From Centroscyllium fabricii (lineage: Eukaryota), in contig JBNRSN020000044.1 in NCBI GenBank assembly GCA_051313645.2, positions 5,456,001 through 5,520,000 on the forward strand: a stretch of DNA of 64,000 bases, given 5' to 3'. Position numbers and translations under genes: made by a program. Shown here one piece after another: positions 12,751 through 25,279 of the stretch (position 1 is its first letter; the number at the start of each line of letters is the position of its first letter). The notes beneath the pieces are model-generated. The model was not told where the DNA came from and ran no database searches. It saw only the letters and a program-made list of their open reading frames with translations.

Positions 12751-13583
12751 AGCTTTAAATGAAGTCAATAACGGAATCAATGAAGAACTGATGGGTGCGC
12801 CTGTAAAGAGTCCTCAGACCGGCCCTGTTTATTTATGGGGAGTGTGGAGAGAAACAGAAATAAACACTTTGTTCCAGACCAGCTCATCAATCAGGAGTAC
12901 GGAGATCCAATTGAATCTCGGAGTGATGCATTAACCCATCAGAAACTAATCAATCACTTTAATTGAACTTAGCGCCTGTACGTATGTTCCAGAGATTCGT
13001 TGATCAGATAGCCCCAAGTGGACATCAGCCACACAGATATGGTGAAATTAAAACATTTCTCAGGTTCCCTGATAACACTTACAGGGTGTGTGTCTGGAGA
13101 CAGATTCAATTAAGGAGGATGGATGGGGCCCAGGCAGCAGTCACATAAAATTTGAACGATTTCATACACTGATTGTTTATCAACTTCCTGCCTCCCAGAG
13201 AGTTGCAGACCAACAGCAGAAAGGTGGCTGCTTTTATTAATCTAACAGCAGCAATAATTTACTCAGCCTCGCCGATTAAAAGTTTTTTTTTTTTTTTTTA
13301 AAGTTCTCATTTTACTTTGAATTCTCTCTGCACCTGCCATGCACAATCCCTGAAGAATGCGAGCAAGTGGGCTGTTCTGCATCCTGGAGTCACAAGATAT
13401 CTATAAGCCATCCCAAAATATTCACCATCCTTAAAGGAATCAACTCCACAATTCAACATAGCACTGTCCCGCACAGGCCACAAGATTCCAGGCTCGCTCC
13501 CCAGCCGATGCAGAGTTGGCTGCCGCCAAGCAAGGCAGCAATTAAGCTGCTACCATTGGTTCAGTGGCACTGGACCGGAAAGG

Positions 13584-13938
13584 GAAATAGAAGATAGGAG
13601 CAGGAGTAGGCCATTCGGCCCTTCGAGCCTGCTCCGCCATTCAATGAGATCATGGCTGATCATCCAAACCCAGCACCCTGTCCCTGCCTTGTCCCCACAT
13701 CCCCCGACACTAAGAACTATATCTCTCACACATACTCATGGGCAATTTTTAGTGTCTCCAATTCACCTAACCTGCATGTCTTTGGGTGGTGGGAGGAAAC
13801 CGGAGTACCCGGAGGAAACCCACACGAACACGGGGAGAACATGCAAACTCCACGCAGAGGTGTCCCGGGCCAAGCACGATTCGAACCCAGGAGCTCCTTA
13901 TTGCGAGGCAGCAGTGCTAACCACTGCGCCACCGTGTC
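13584..13938 (-). mobile_element. HE1-type SINE, full length, variant subfamily
   Basis: tRNA-like head with A/B boxes (GGTTCGAATC), V-domain and CR1 tail; close relative at 56575-56960. Confidence 0.85.
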
Positions 13939-14317
13939 ATCCGGTGCTTAAGACTTTGGCTTTCCATTGCTTCTGCAGCTGCCGATTTGCTCAGCCACTC
14001 CCTCACCTCCACCTTTGCTGCCCTTGCCCCCAGTAAAACCTCTCTGGTCACCTCCCCGGTATGTCCCCCAACTTCACTCCCTCAAGTCCAAAAGATGCAA
14101 ACTTCAGCTTATTTGGTGCACTACTGGTTTAGACATCCATTGCCAGATCTGACTGGACCATAACAAGCTCTACTGGGCCTTGCACTACTCTGCCAAAACT
14201 TCCCACTACTACAAGATCATCCTGAACAAAAAAGATAACCCTGAGTTTCGCTTCTCCACTACCAACCATCCCCTTAAACCCCACTCCCCTGACCCCACCA
14301 CCCTCATCGCCAACAAG

Positions 14318-14769
14318 GGGGAGGCGGTGGCGTAGTGGTTATGTCACTAGACTAGTAAGCCAGAGGCTCAGTCAAATGCTCTGAGGATGTGGGTTCAAAT
14401 CTCACCACGGCAGCTGGTGGAATTTAAATTCAATTCAATTTAATTTGGGAATTAAATGTTAGTCTTAGTAATGGCGACCATGATACCATTGTCGATTGTT
14501 GCAAAAAAAAAAACATCTGGTTCACTGATGTCCTTTAGGGAAGGAAATCTGCTGTCCTTACCTGGTCTGGCCTACATGTGACTCCAGACCCACAGCAATG
14601 TGGTTGACTCTTAATGCCCTCTGAACTGGCCCAGCAAGCCACTCAGTTGTAAACAACCGCTACGAAAACTGCAGCGGTTCAAGAAGGCGGCTCACCACCA
14701 TCTTCGCAAGGGCAATTAGGGATGGGCACTAAATGCAGGCCTAGCCAGCCAGCAACGCCCACATCCCAT
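14318..14769 (+). mobile_element. tRNA-derived SINE, non-HE1 family
   Basis: Head GGTGGCGTAGTGG...GGGTTCAAATCTC (A/B boxes); LINE-like tail GCTCACCACCATCTTCGCAAGGGCAATTAGGGATGGGC; CAAG on both sides. Confidence 0.75.
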
Positions 14770-16081
14770 CAAGTGCGAGGAGCTCATGGACTTCTTTCTC
14801 ACCAAGATTGACTTCTTCCAGTTCACCTTATCCACCAAACTCAAGCTCCCCCTGCCCTAGCCCTGAATCGACATCTTTCTGCCGTTTCTCGTCCACACCC
14901 CCGACCTCATGTCCTCTCCAAGCTCATCAAATCATGAGACCCCACCCCTACATCCCTTGAACTAATTCCTACTAAACTGCTGACCACCCAACTTCCCTGC
15001 CTGACCCTCATGTTAACTAACATTGTAATTGGTTCCCTCTCCTCAGGTACTGCCCCCTCCCTTTCCAAACCACCACCTTCCTCAAAAAACCAACCTTGAC
15101 CCTTGCAAACTCCCGCCCCATCACCAATCTCCCTTTCCTCTCCAAAGTCCTTGAATGTGTTATCACCTCCCAAATCAGTGACCATCTTTCCTGTAATTTC
15201 ATGTTTCAATCTCTCCAATCAGGTTTCTGCTCCCTGCCACAGCACTGAAATAGCCCTGATCAAAGTAAAAAATGATGTCCTCTGTGACTGTGACCACGGT
15301 ATGTTATCCCTCCTCGACCTCCCCGCAGCTTATGACAGGGTTGACCACACCATCCTCCTCCAATGCCTCTTCTCTGCTGCCCAGCTCAGTGGGACAGCCC
15401 TCTCTTGGTTCTACTCTTACCTATCCAATCAAAACCAGAGCGTCTTCAGCAACAGCTTCTCTCCCTGCTGCTGCACCGTTAGCTTTGGAATCACCCCAGG
15501 ATCAATCATTATCCCCACCTCATTTTCAGTCACATGCGACTTGAAGACATGGAGTAAATTTGCACATGTACGCAGACAACACCCAGATTTACCTTCCCAC
15601 CTCCTCAGTGTTGTACGACTGCTTGTCCGACAGCCAGGCAATTTTCTTCAATTAAGCATTGGGAAAATGGAAGGCCCCACTACAAACTCCGCTCACTTGC
15701 CACCGACTTAACCCCCTCCCCCTGCCTCGGGTTATACCTGACTGTTTGCAACCTTCTATTAGAATCGGAGATGAGCTTCTGACCCATAATAAGACCCACC
15801 TACTTCCACCTCTAATCTCACCATTCTCCGCCTCTGCCCATCTGCTGGTGAAAACCTCATCCATGCCTCAACATCTCCAGACTTGATTATGCCAATACTT
15901 TCATAGCCAGCTTCCCATCCTCTACACTCTGTAAACTTCACCTCATGCAAAACTCTGCTGCATGTAAGCTATCCTGATACCAGGTCCCATTCACCCATCA
16001 CCCATGTTTCTATCACCCCTGTACTCACTGACCTACATCAGCTTCTGGTCCCCCAACACCTCAATTTTAAATTTTCATCCT

Positions 16082-17570
16082 CATAGAAACATAGAAGATA
16101 GGAGCAGGGGTAGGCCATTTGGCCCCTCGAGCCTGCTCCGTCATTCAATGCAATCATGGCTGATCATTCAATTTCAATACCCTGTGTCTCTGCTTTCTCC
16201 CCATATCCCTTGAGCCTTAAGAAATATATCCAACTCTTTCTTGAATATATTTAATGAATTGGCCTCTACTGCCTTCTGTGGTAGAGAATTCCACAGGTTC
16301 ACCACTCTCTGGGTGAAAAAATTCCTCCTCATCTCAGTCCTAAATGGTTTACCCCTTATCCTTAGACTCTGACCCCTGGTTCTGGACTCTCCCACCATCG
16401 GGAACATCCTTCCTGCATCTAGTCTGTCCAGTCCTGTTAGAATTTTATAAGTTTCAATGAGATCCCCTCTCATTCTTCTATACTCCAGCGAGTATAAGCC
16501 CAATCGACCCAATCTCTCTTCATACGCCATTCCTGCCATTCCAGGTATCAGCCTGGTGAACCATCTCTGCACTCCCTCCATGGCAAGAACATCCTTCCTT
16601 AGATAAGGCGACTAAAACTGCACACAATACTCAAGGTGTGGTCTGACCAAGGCCCTGTACAACTGCAGCAAGACATCCTTGTTCCTGTACTCAAACCCTC
16701 TCGCTACAAAGGCCAACATACCATTTGCCTTCTTAACCGCCTGCTGCACCTGCATGCTTACCTTCAGCGAGTGGTGCACAAGAACACCCAGGTCTTGTTG
16801 CACTTCCCCTTCTCCCAATCTATTGCCATTCAGATAATAATCTGCCTTCTTGTTTTTGACACCAAAGTGGATAACCTCGCATTTATCCACGTTATATTGC
16901 ATCTGCCATGCTTCTGCCCACTCACTTAACCTGTCCAAGTCATACTGAAGTTTCTCGGCATCCTCCTCACAGTACACACGCCCACGCAGCTTTGTGTCAT
17001 CTGCAAACTTGGAGATATTACATTTAGTTCCCTCGTCCAGATCATTAACATATATTGTGAATAGCTGGGGTCCAAGGACCGAATCCTGCGGTACCCTACT
17101 AGTTACTGTCTGCCACTCGGAAAAAGAGCTGTTTATTCCAATTCTTTGCTGTCGGCCAACCAGTTCTCTATCCAAGTCATTACCTTGCCCCCAATCCCAT
17201 GTGCCTTAATTTTACACGTTAATCTCTTATGTGGGACCTTATCGAAAGCCTTTTGAAAGTCCAAATACACCACATCCACTGGTTCTCCCCTATCTATTTT
17301 ACCAGTTACATCCTCAAAAACTTCCAGTAGATTAGTCAAGCACGATTTACCTTTTGTAAATCCATGTTGACTTTGTCCGATACTGTCACTATTTTCCAAG
17401 TGCTCTGCTATATCCTTTATAATGGACTCTAGCATTTTCCCCACTACCGATGTCAGGTTTATCGGTCTGTAATTCACCGTTTTCTCTCTACCACCTTTTT
17501 TGAACAGTGGGGTAACATTAGCTACCCTCCAATCCATGGGAACTGTTCCAGAGTCTATCGAATTTTGGAA
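16082..17570 (-). mobile_element. CR1 LINE, 5'-truncated RT and 3' tail
   Basis: KFADDTK, QHGFTKGKSCLTNL and RPHLEYCVQF motifs; tail at about 16082. Confidence 0.92.
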
Positions 17571-17912
17571 CCGTTCATGACCTTGCCCTTCGTTATCTCC
17601 AATGTCCTTCAGCCCGACACCCCTCCAGAACTCTGTTTCTCCGACTCTGACCTCTTGTTGCATGCCCCCTCCCTTTGCCCCACCATTGGGGGCCTTGTCT
17701 TCAGCCTTGTTCTGGAATTCCTTCCCACTCTCCTCCTTAAAACCCACCTCTTCGACCAAGTTTTTGATCACCCCTCTTAATACCTCCTTCTTTGGCGTAG
17801 TCTCCATTTTGGTCTATTACACTTCTGTGACGCGCCTTAGATGTTTTTCTGCATTAAAGTTGATAACAAATGAAATCTATTTTTTTAAATTAAAATTTAA
17901 GAGTTCACTTAC

Positions 17913-17985
17913 CACAGCGCTAACCCCATAGGTGGGAGCAGGAGCGAGTGTGTGATAGGGGTCTGCAGTATAAACACGCCCATAG
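17913..17985 (-). CDS. RBFOX2: RBFOX2 73-nt exon, (S)YGRVYTADPYHTLAPAPTYGVSAV
   Basis: ttttgcag acceptor, GTG|gtaagt donor, phase 2 to 0; RBFOX2-type YTADPYH motif. Confidence 0.95.
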
Positions 17986-19616
17986 CTGCAAAAAGACAAC
18001 AAATTCATTTGAAATATAAAAGCAGAAATGCATTGCCTCGGCAGTATTGAACCAAAAATTAAAAATAGCAGAATCCCAGGCTTCCTCTTCATTTTGTGCT
18101 GATGTTGGCTCTCATCAAAGAGCAGTGGTGGGGCATTCTACAATTGGTCTCAGCACTCTGGCTTGGTGGGAAATTCAGGCAAATTTCCTACTCTTGACTG
18201 CGATCCAGCAAGCTTGCTGGAAGGCGTAAATACTGCCTGAGGAGGAGACTGGGCGCAGGTTTGATGCCTCACAGTAGAAAAGCCTGCTGACAGGCTATCC
18301 ATGAAAAATGACTACTTAGTGAGGTCCCAGATGGCACAAATGCCTATCAGATTCAGCTTGGGTCACCATCAGAGAGAGAAAATTCTTCTCTCCCCCACAA
18401 GTAATCAGTCCAATTGAGCTACTGTTAGACTGACTCATCCCAGTGAAGAGTCACCTCCATTCTTTGAATCTAGAGCATCTGCCACATACCATTAAGATTG
18501 AACCAATGCGTCAGTTCAGTTACAAGGAAAATCATTTGAGGCATTTACATCCATGATGCAATGACATTAAGACATCATCCTCCCAAACCCTACCCTTCCC
18601 AAGCTCGATATCCAATGTCCATACTGCACAATGAATCTAAGGAGATGGCTAGCCAGGCAACACAGTAAGGAACCTCCTCCAAAAGAGCCAATGGAAACGA
18701 CAGGGTGGGTTCGTTCGTTCTATGTGAAAGCTTCAAAGAATGATATGACTCTTCTGGATAGGTAATCTGTCTTTCTTCACATATCGAAACTCCACAAATC
18801 ACTGAAAGGTGAGCCAGTAGCAACTCACTGAGGGAGGCCTTTAGGCCTAGATTAATGCCTGCAGCCAGCAGTGACCTGCTAAGCTGCAAATCATCCTTGA
18901 CAGACGGGTCCAAACAATGGTGCTTTGTAAAGGTATGCAAGTTCCTTCAAGCAGTTGCTTTGTAAATACTTTCAACCAAGACTCGTTTGAAATGTACCCA
19001 AGTCACAGCTGAACTCATAGAATAGCTCTTGACCAAACTGGAAGGTTTTCTATCTGCAAGATGGTAACAGTAAAGAATACACTGCACCATTCACTTAGAC
19101 AGTTTCTTTATGGAGATGGCTTTTCCTACTGTCTGAAGGCAGATTACAAAAAATTAGCACGATTTTGGCGCACATACAGATAACAGAGCTATACAGGCTT
19201 CCATAGTCAAAACTGTGTTCCACCTCAGAAATCTGAGGCGGCAGGTAAAGAGTTAGAATTGGGGAAAGAAAACCCAAGATAAAAATGGAGTTCACTTTTA
19301 TAGTTGCACCAAATCAGTTCGGGTTGTTCCACCATCAGTGCCTGCAACTCATTCACTCTTTTAACTTAAACCAATTTGGCATCAAATACTTTTCCACTCT
19401 AGAAATTTGAGCCACATGAACAGAGATCTTTAAATGTGGGAGTACAAATAGAAAACACCATAAAAAAGCAAATAGGATTCTGGATTGTATTTATACAGGT
19501 GTGTTTGCATTGAATATAAAAACAAGGAAGTGATGTTAATTTTTTTTGTCTGATGACGTTTCTGTGAAGTGCCTCGGTAGGTTTTTCTACATTAAACATG
19601 CTATATAAATGCACGT

Positions 19617-20001
19617 TAGAAACATAGAAACTAGGAGCAGGAGTAGGCCATTCGGCCCTTCGAGCCTGCCCCGCCATTCAATGAGATCATGGCTGATCAT
19701 CCAAACCCAGTACCCCGCCCCTGCCCTTTCCCCAAATCCCTATTGAGCCTGCATCGACACATATCCCACCCTATCCCCATATATTCAATCCCCCTAACAC
19801 TAAGGGTCAATTTATCCTGGCCAATCAACCTAACCCGCACATCTTTGGACTGTGGGAGGAAACCGGAGCACCCGGAGGAAACCCACGCAGACACGGGGAG
19901 AATGTGCAAACTCCACACAGATAGTACCCGAGGCTGGATTTGAACCCGGGTCTCCAGTGCTGTGAGGCAACAGTGCTAACCACTACGCCACCGTGCCGCC
20001 C
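19617..20001 (-). mobile_element. HE1-type SINE, full length, inserted in an L2-like tail
   Basis: Head GGGCGGCACGGTGGCGTAGTGG...GGTTCAAATCC, V-domain, CR1 tail; ACGTT repeated at both flanks. Confidence 0.9.
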
Positions 20002-20015
20002 CTACGTTGTTGTTG

Positions 20016-20690
20016 AACTTGTACAAGACATTGGGTAGGCTGCACTGTATGGATTTCAGGGCACCCCAATATAGGAAGGATAGAATCATTGCAAGGATAC
20101 AGTAAAGAATAACCAGAATATCAGGAATGAACATTTATAATTATAAAGCAAGGCTCAAAAAAATGAGCTTTTTCCCCCACTAGAAAAATAATGATCAAGG
20201 GGGAATTATAAAAGTTTCAAAGTATGAAAGATTTGAGAGGTTAAATAGTGAAAGAATATTTGCTCTGGTTGGCAAATCAGTAATAAAGAGGAATATCATA
20301 AAAAGAAAGGCCTGCATTTATATAGCACCCTTCACGACCACCGGACGTCTCAAAGCGCTTTACAGTCAATGAAGTACTTTTTGAAGTGTAGTCACTGTTG
20401 TAATGCGACATCAGCCGGGGGGGGGGGGGGGGGGGGGGGGGGGAGAGGGGGGTTTAGAAGGTTCCCCCCCTACCCCAAGAGGGCTATAGAACATGGAATA
20501 TAGTTCTACAAGGGGCTATTAGGGCAGAGACCATAAAGTAATTTACAAGGGAATTGGCTAAGTATTTGAAAAGAAAGAATATGAAAGAATTTGGAGAAAG
20601 GGATCCGAACACACAGCTCCAGTTAAAGTGCTAGCATTAGCACAGATACCTGGGGCTGAATGGCCTCCATCTGTGTTGCAATTTATATTA
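20016..20690 (+). mobile_element. Old degraded CR1 3' fragment with inserted SINE-tail-like piece (about 20300-20405) and poly-G
   Basis: Degenerate similarity to the CR1 3' ends elsewhere in the window. Confidence 0.55.
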
Positions 20691-22076
20691 TTCCAGGAGA
20701 GGCACATCAATGTGCAAAGGACCAGACTAAAATGGCAAGCAGTAATTGTGAGAATAAGTTATTTTTCACAATCGTGAAGGCCAAGAAGTGATGGAAAGCT
20801 TCCTTTTAAAACAGCACCTTTCTGGCTAAAAGACAATCGGAAAGGGATCCTTGAGGTTGATTGTACCCAGTCAATCTCCCGGCAAATTGCCCAAGTAATT
20901 TGTGGCATATAAATGACTTGAAGTGCTCCTTTTGAGAAATGCCTTAAGATATCCTCTGTCCAGGATAGTGGAAACAGTTAAGTTCCCATGGACCACAAAA
21001 TAGCACGAGTAAAACTTTCCTTCTCCATTGTCTGGCAGCTCTCCTGTTGCTGCTGCAGCCAACAAACCATCTCAGCAGCTGGGATGGTTTCCAAGAAATC
21101 CTAACAGATACTTTCACCTCAAAGTAGACTGGATTAACGTGAGGTTTCTCTGACCCAAGCTCATCACAATCTCCTCCTAAATAGTGCAGAAAGCTGGACA
21201 GTTATCCACCGTGGCCCCAATGGGGCAGTAGGGAGAAGTCGCTATTGGAGTGTCGGGGAAAGACTACCTAAAAGAGAATTTTATTTATTGCCTGCATGGT
21301 TTGATCTTTGCTCAGATTTTCAGATCCTGGATACATGCAGGTGCCACAGAACAAGCCAGCGAAGTACATAATACTGCCTGCCAGGCGTGCGGGGCGAGGA
21401 CCATCTCAAGATGCCATTCCTGGCTAGATGCAAGGCTTTGCTAGTGGCATTTATAACCTTCCAACTGCTCTTTAACTTGCTCACTAAACGGGCCCCATCA
21501 CAGGATACTCACCATTAAGACTCATGCATGAATAATGGTTATTTGAGAAAGGCATTGGAATGCCTGCTGCCTGTGAAACCATATCCCAGTGAGCAGTAAG
21601 AGGAAGTAAGGGAGAAAAACTGTCAGAAAACCGTTGAGAGAAATAACACATCTTAAATGGACCTTCATCCCTCCTGCATTTTTTTTTGTTTCCTTGTCTC
21701 CGATCTGACAGTCATTTCATTCTAGTGGTTATGTGGAGGATGAAGAATGAGAGTCTGCAGGATAATGTGCAGTGTTGGCGGTTCAACCACTAATGGGTAA
21801 TCCATACAAAGCACTCCCAGTAACGCAGCCTACATTACAACCACCTTTGATAAATCGCGGTCTCAGAAATGACGCATGCTGTTTATGGCTCCGGAGCAGA
21901 GAACCCCTAGATTGGAAAGTCCACAGTGAGCAAATGTAGGCTGGAGCTGCACGGTGAAATCACCCTACAAAGAGAGTACACCACCACAACAAAGACTAGA
22001 CACACGTTCCTGCTAAAATGAACACTGCAGAAGCAGACAGCGATTAGAGTGGGAGATGGGTGGGCCTGATTCTTAC

Positions 22077-22141
22077 CTGTCACTGTATGCAGTTGCAGTA
22101 GCAGTTGCTGGTTGTGCATACCTGTAGGCTGCATATCCACC
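22077..22141 (-). CDS. RBFOX2: RBFOX2 65-nt exon, GGYAAYRYAQPATATATAYSD(S)
   Basis: tgtttgttcccag acceptor, CAG|gtaaga donor, phase 0 to 2; signature Fox-family motif. Confidence 0.95.
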
Positions 22142-24182
22142 CTGGGAACAAACAAGAAGATGCTTCAGAATTCTGCGCCACGCTCACACCTCATACCAAA
22201 ACAATGGCAAAAACTGCATTTGTTTCATATATTACAAATTTTTAAGTAAAAATTGATGCACGCACCATTCTTTGTCAGCACTGCAGATTTTAAACTTTCT
22301 TTGTTTTGTAGAATAGCATAAAAATGTCTTTAGTGGGAGCTGACCATTTAATTCTCAAAGCGGTACGTCCAAAGATTTAGACAGAGGCTGCCAACTGCAA
22401 TTAGCCTGACTCTTTGTTGACAGCCCACCATCTCACTGCTGTGCAGCTAACCTCGGCCTCAGCCCCCTTCACTCAGGGTCCCCACTGTCATGCGCCTTTC
22501 CCCCCCCCCACCCCTAACTCACCATTGTGCAAGTAACTCGGGTCTCTGCTGACCTTGCATGCTCCTCACCATTGTGAAATGAACACTGGTCCTAGTTGGC
22601 ACCTTTCCTGTTGCCCTCGATCCCTTCTTAGTGGACTATAGGTAAACCAGACCCTTCAGGTAAACCAGCTCCTCCTACCAGATAAGCCAACAAGTAAAAT
22701 ATGGACTGATGGGGAGAAGGAAGACTTGAGTGTTGCCAACCCCACTGGGATGCAAACAGGTAAAGCAGAAATCAAGAGAAAAGGATCAATTTTAAATTTC
22801 CAATTCCCTCCACCCACCACTCCCCTTTCCCTATCTCTCTACAGGGCACAGTTACAAGGGTTGCCACATCTCTCCGGTCCCTCACCCAACTGGTCAATCC
22901 TCACTGAAGTGAGCCAGGGAGTGTCAGTATGCCAAGTGTAGTTGCCTTCACTGCTATTCTGCCCAATATCAGCTTACAGCACAAACAGAGCATGTATATG
23001 TGGCTTTACCGACAGAGCTATTGGGGGTGGGGACAAAACGCCGTTTAATGAACAGGAAATCTCTAACAGATGTGCAAAACTAGAGCAGAGTTTGAACCCT
23101 GCGAAGAATTAAAAAAAAAAAAAAAATAGCATTGCCAAACTGATTTGATGTATAATTGCCTCTGTAGCCCAAGTATGTTAGATTACATTAAAACAAATGC
23201 AGTTTTTAAAAAAAATGCATGTAAGTACAAATGAGTCTTTATTTTCTAAACAGTCAAGCTGTGGTATCTGTCAATCAGGAGAAATCGGAGCATGCGAATG
23301 TCCGAATCTACAGCACTAGCAATCACCAACCAAATGATCCACAGGCTAACTCTGGCCGTCCCAGCATTCTCCAAAGGACGGCCCTCAGCCCTATTCGCTA
23401 TGGCAAGCCGAGTGAAGGAAACAGCCTGGATTACTAGAGCGTGCAGCCACGATTCTCAGTATTATATATAAAAATGTATATATGAAAATATAATAAACAT
23501 TTACGATCACCATTCACTCATTGCAGCCTCTCCCGCAGACCCAAGAGGTTAACGTTCACGTCAAGCAAACCACATTAAAAGTTCTCGCTGCAGTTAGAGG
23601 TGGGAGCGGAGATACTAACCAAACTCTATAGCATATCAGGTATCTATGGAGAACAGATTACTTAAAGTAGCAGCTGCTTGCTGGGAATGATTCTTTTAAC
23701 AGAGTTTTATTACTGACCAGCAAAACAGGAAATAGCAGCTAATTAAACGTCAGTATCCAACATTAATCCTCCCACCTGCACAATTATGTTGAATAAAATG
23801 TTTTAATTTATCTTGAACGTGAATGCTATGAGTGGCAGATTCCACTGGAAAGCATATCCCACAGTGGATTCTAACTGTCGTGTATGACCAGAGGAGGAGG
23901 GGATCATGTAGCAGCCTCAGCTGTATTCACTGAGCAAGTTTTGCCACTCTGGTAGAAAACGGTGCTGTATTACACTTGCCAGATATCTGCTCTTACTTCA
24001 AGGGGAGTAGTACATAGAGAAACTGTTTCCAATGGCTGAAAGGTCGATAACCAGAGGGCGCAGATTTAAAGTGATTGGCAAAAGAACCAGAGGTGACATG
24101 AGGGGAAACCTTTTTTCTGCAACAAGTGATTAGGATTTGGAATGCACTGCTTGATAGGGTGGTGGATACAGATTCAATAGTA

Positions 24183-24501
24183 GGGTACTATCTGTGTGGA
24201 GTTTGCACATTCTCCCCGTGTCTGCGTGGGTTTCCTCCGGGTGCTCCGGTTTCCTCCCACAGTCCAAAGATGTGCGGGTTAGGTTGATTGGCCAGGATAA
24301 ATTAACCCTTAGTGTTAGGGGGATTAAATGTGTGGGGTTACGGGGGTGGGGTGGGATGTGTGTCGGTGGGGATCAAGGGATATGGGGAGAGGGCAGGGGC
24401 GGGGTACTGGGTTTGGATGATCAGCCATGATCTCATTGAATGGTGGAGCAGGCTCGAAGGGCCGAATGGCTGACTCCTGCTTCTAGTTTCTATGTTTCTA
24501 T
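24183..24501 (+). mobile_element. HE1-type SINE inserted in an old CR1 3' fragment (about 24010-24645)
   Basis: V-domain TGTGTGGAGTTTGCACATTCTCCCCGTGTCTGCGTGGGTTTCC and CR1 tail. Confidence 0.88.
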
Positions 24502-24829
24502 GTTCATAAGGGAATTGGATAAACACTTGGAGACAAAATTGCAGGGAAAGAGCGAAGGAGTGGCACTAACTGGATTGCTCTTCGAAAGAGCTGGCGCAGA
24601 TTTGATGGGCCAAATGGTCTCCTTCGGTACTGTACTATTCTATAAAGTGTGGGAGCAGCGCCTCGATGGCTCACTGGGTAAATGCACTGCCTGGTGTGTA
24701 ACTGAACAACACACGTCAGAAGGTCCCAGCTAGACTATCCAGTCAGTGCCGCGTTACGGGACCTCAGGTGGAGTGACATTTGGGAAACTATAAACTTCCA
24801 GAATGCCCCCAGACTTGGGAGAGAAAATC

Positions 24830-25276
24830 AAACATAGAAACATAGAAGATAGGAGCAGGAGTCGGCCATTCGGTCCCTCGAGCCTGCTCCGCCATTCGAT
24901 GAGATCATGGCTGATCATCCAAATTCAGTACCCTGTCCCTGCCTTCTCCCCATATCCCTTGATCCCTTTAGCCTTAAGAAATATATCCAATTCCTTCTTG
25001 AATATATTTAATTAATTGGCCTCTACTGCCTTCTGTGGTGGATAATTCCACAGGTTCACCACTCTCTGGGTGAAGAAATTCCTCCTCATCTCTGTCCTAA
25101 ATGGCTTACCCCTTATCCTCAGACTGTGACCCCTGGTTTTGGACTCCCCGACCATCGGGAACATCCTTCTTGCATCTAGTCTGTCCAGTCCTGTTAGAAT
25201 TTTATAAGTTTCAATGAGATCCCCTCTCATTCTTCTAAACTCCAGCGAGTACAAGCCCAATTGACCCAATCTCTCC
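24830..25276 (-). mobile_element. CR1 3' end
   Basis: ERLGQLGLYSLEFRRMRGDLIETYK...RRNFFTQRVVNLWN plus tail. Confidence 0.9.
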
Positions 25277-25279
25277 AGA

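Larger units (their letters stand above)
13960..17860 (+). mobile_element. Old L2-clade LINE, fragmented by a SINE (14318-14769) and a CR1 (16082-17570)
   Basis: Degenerate RT motifs HSTEIALIKVKNDVL and LDLPAAYDRVDHTILL; pyrimidine-rich; L2-like 3' part resumes at about 17570. Confidence 0.75.

Noticed and set aside
19930-20001. tRNA-like sequences here and at 13.9, 14.3 and 56.6 kb
   Set aside because: SINE heads continuous with SINE bodies and LINE-derived tails, not tRNA genes.
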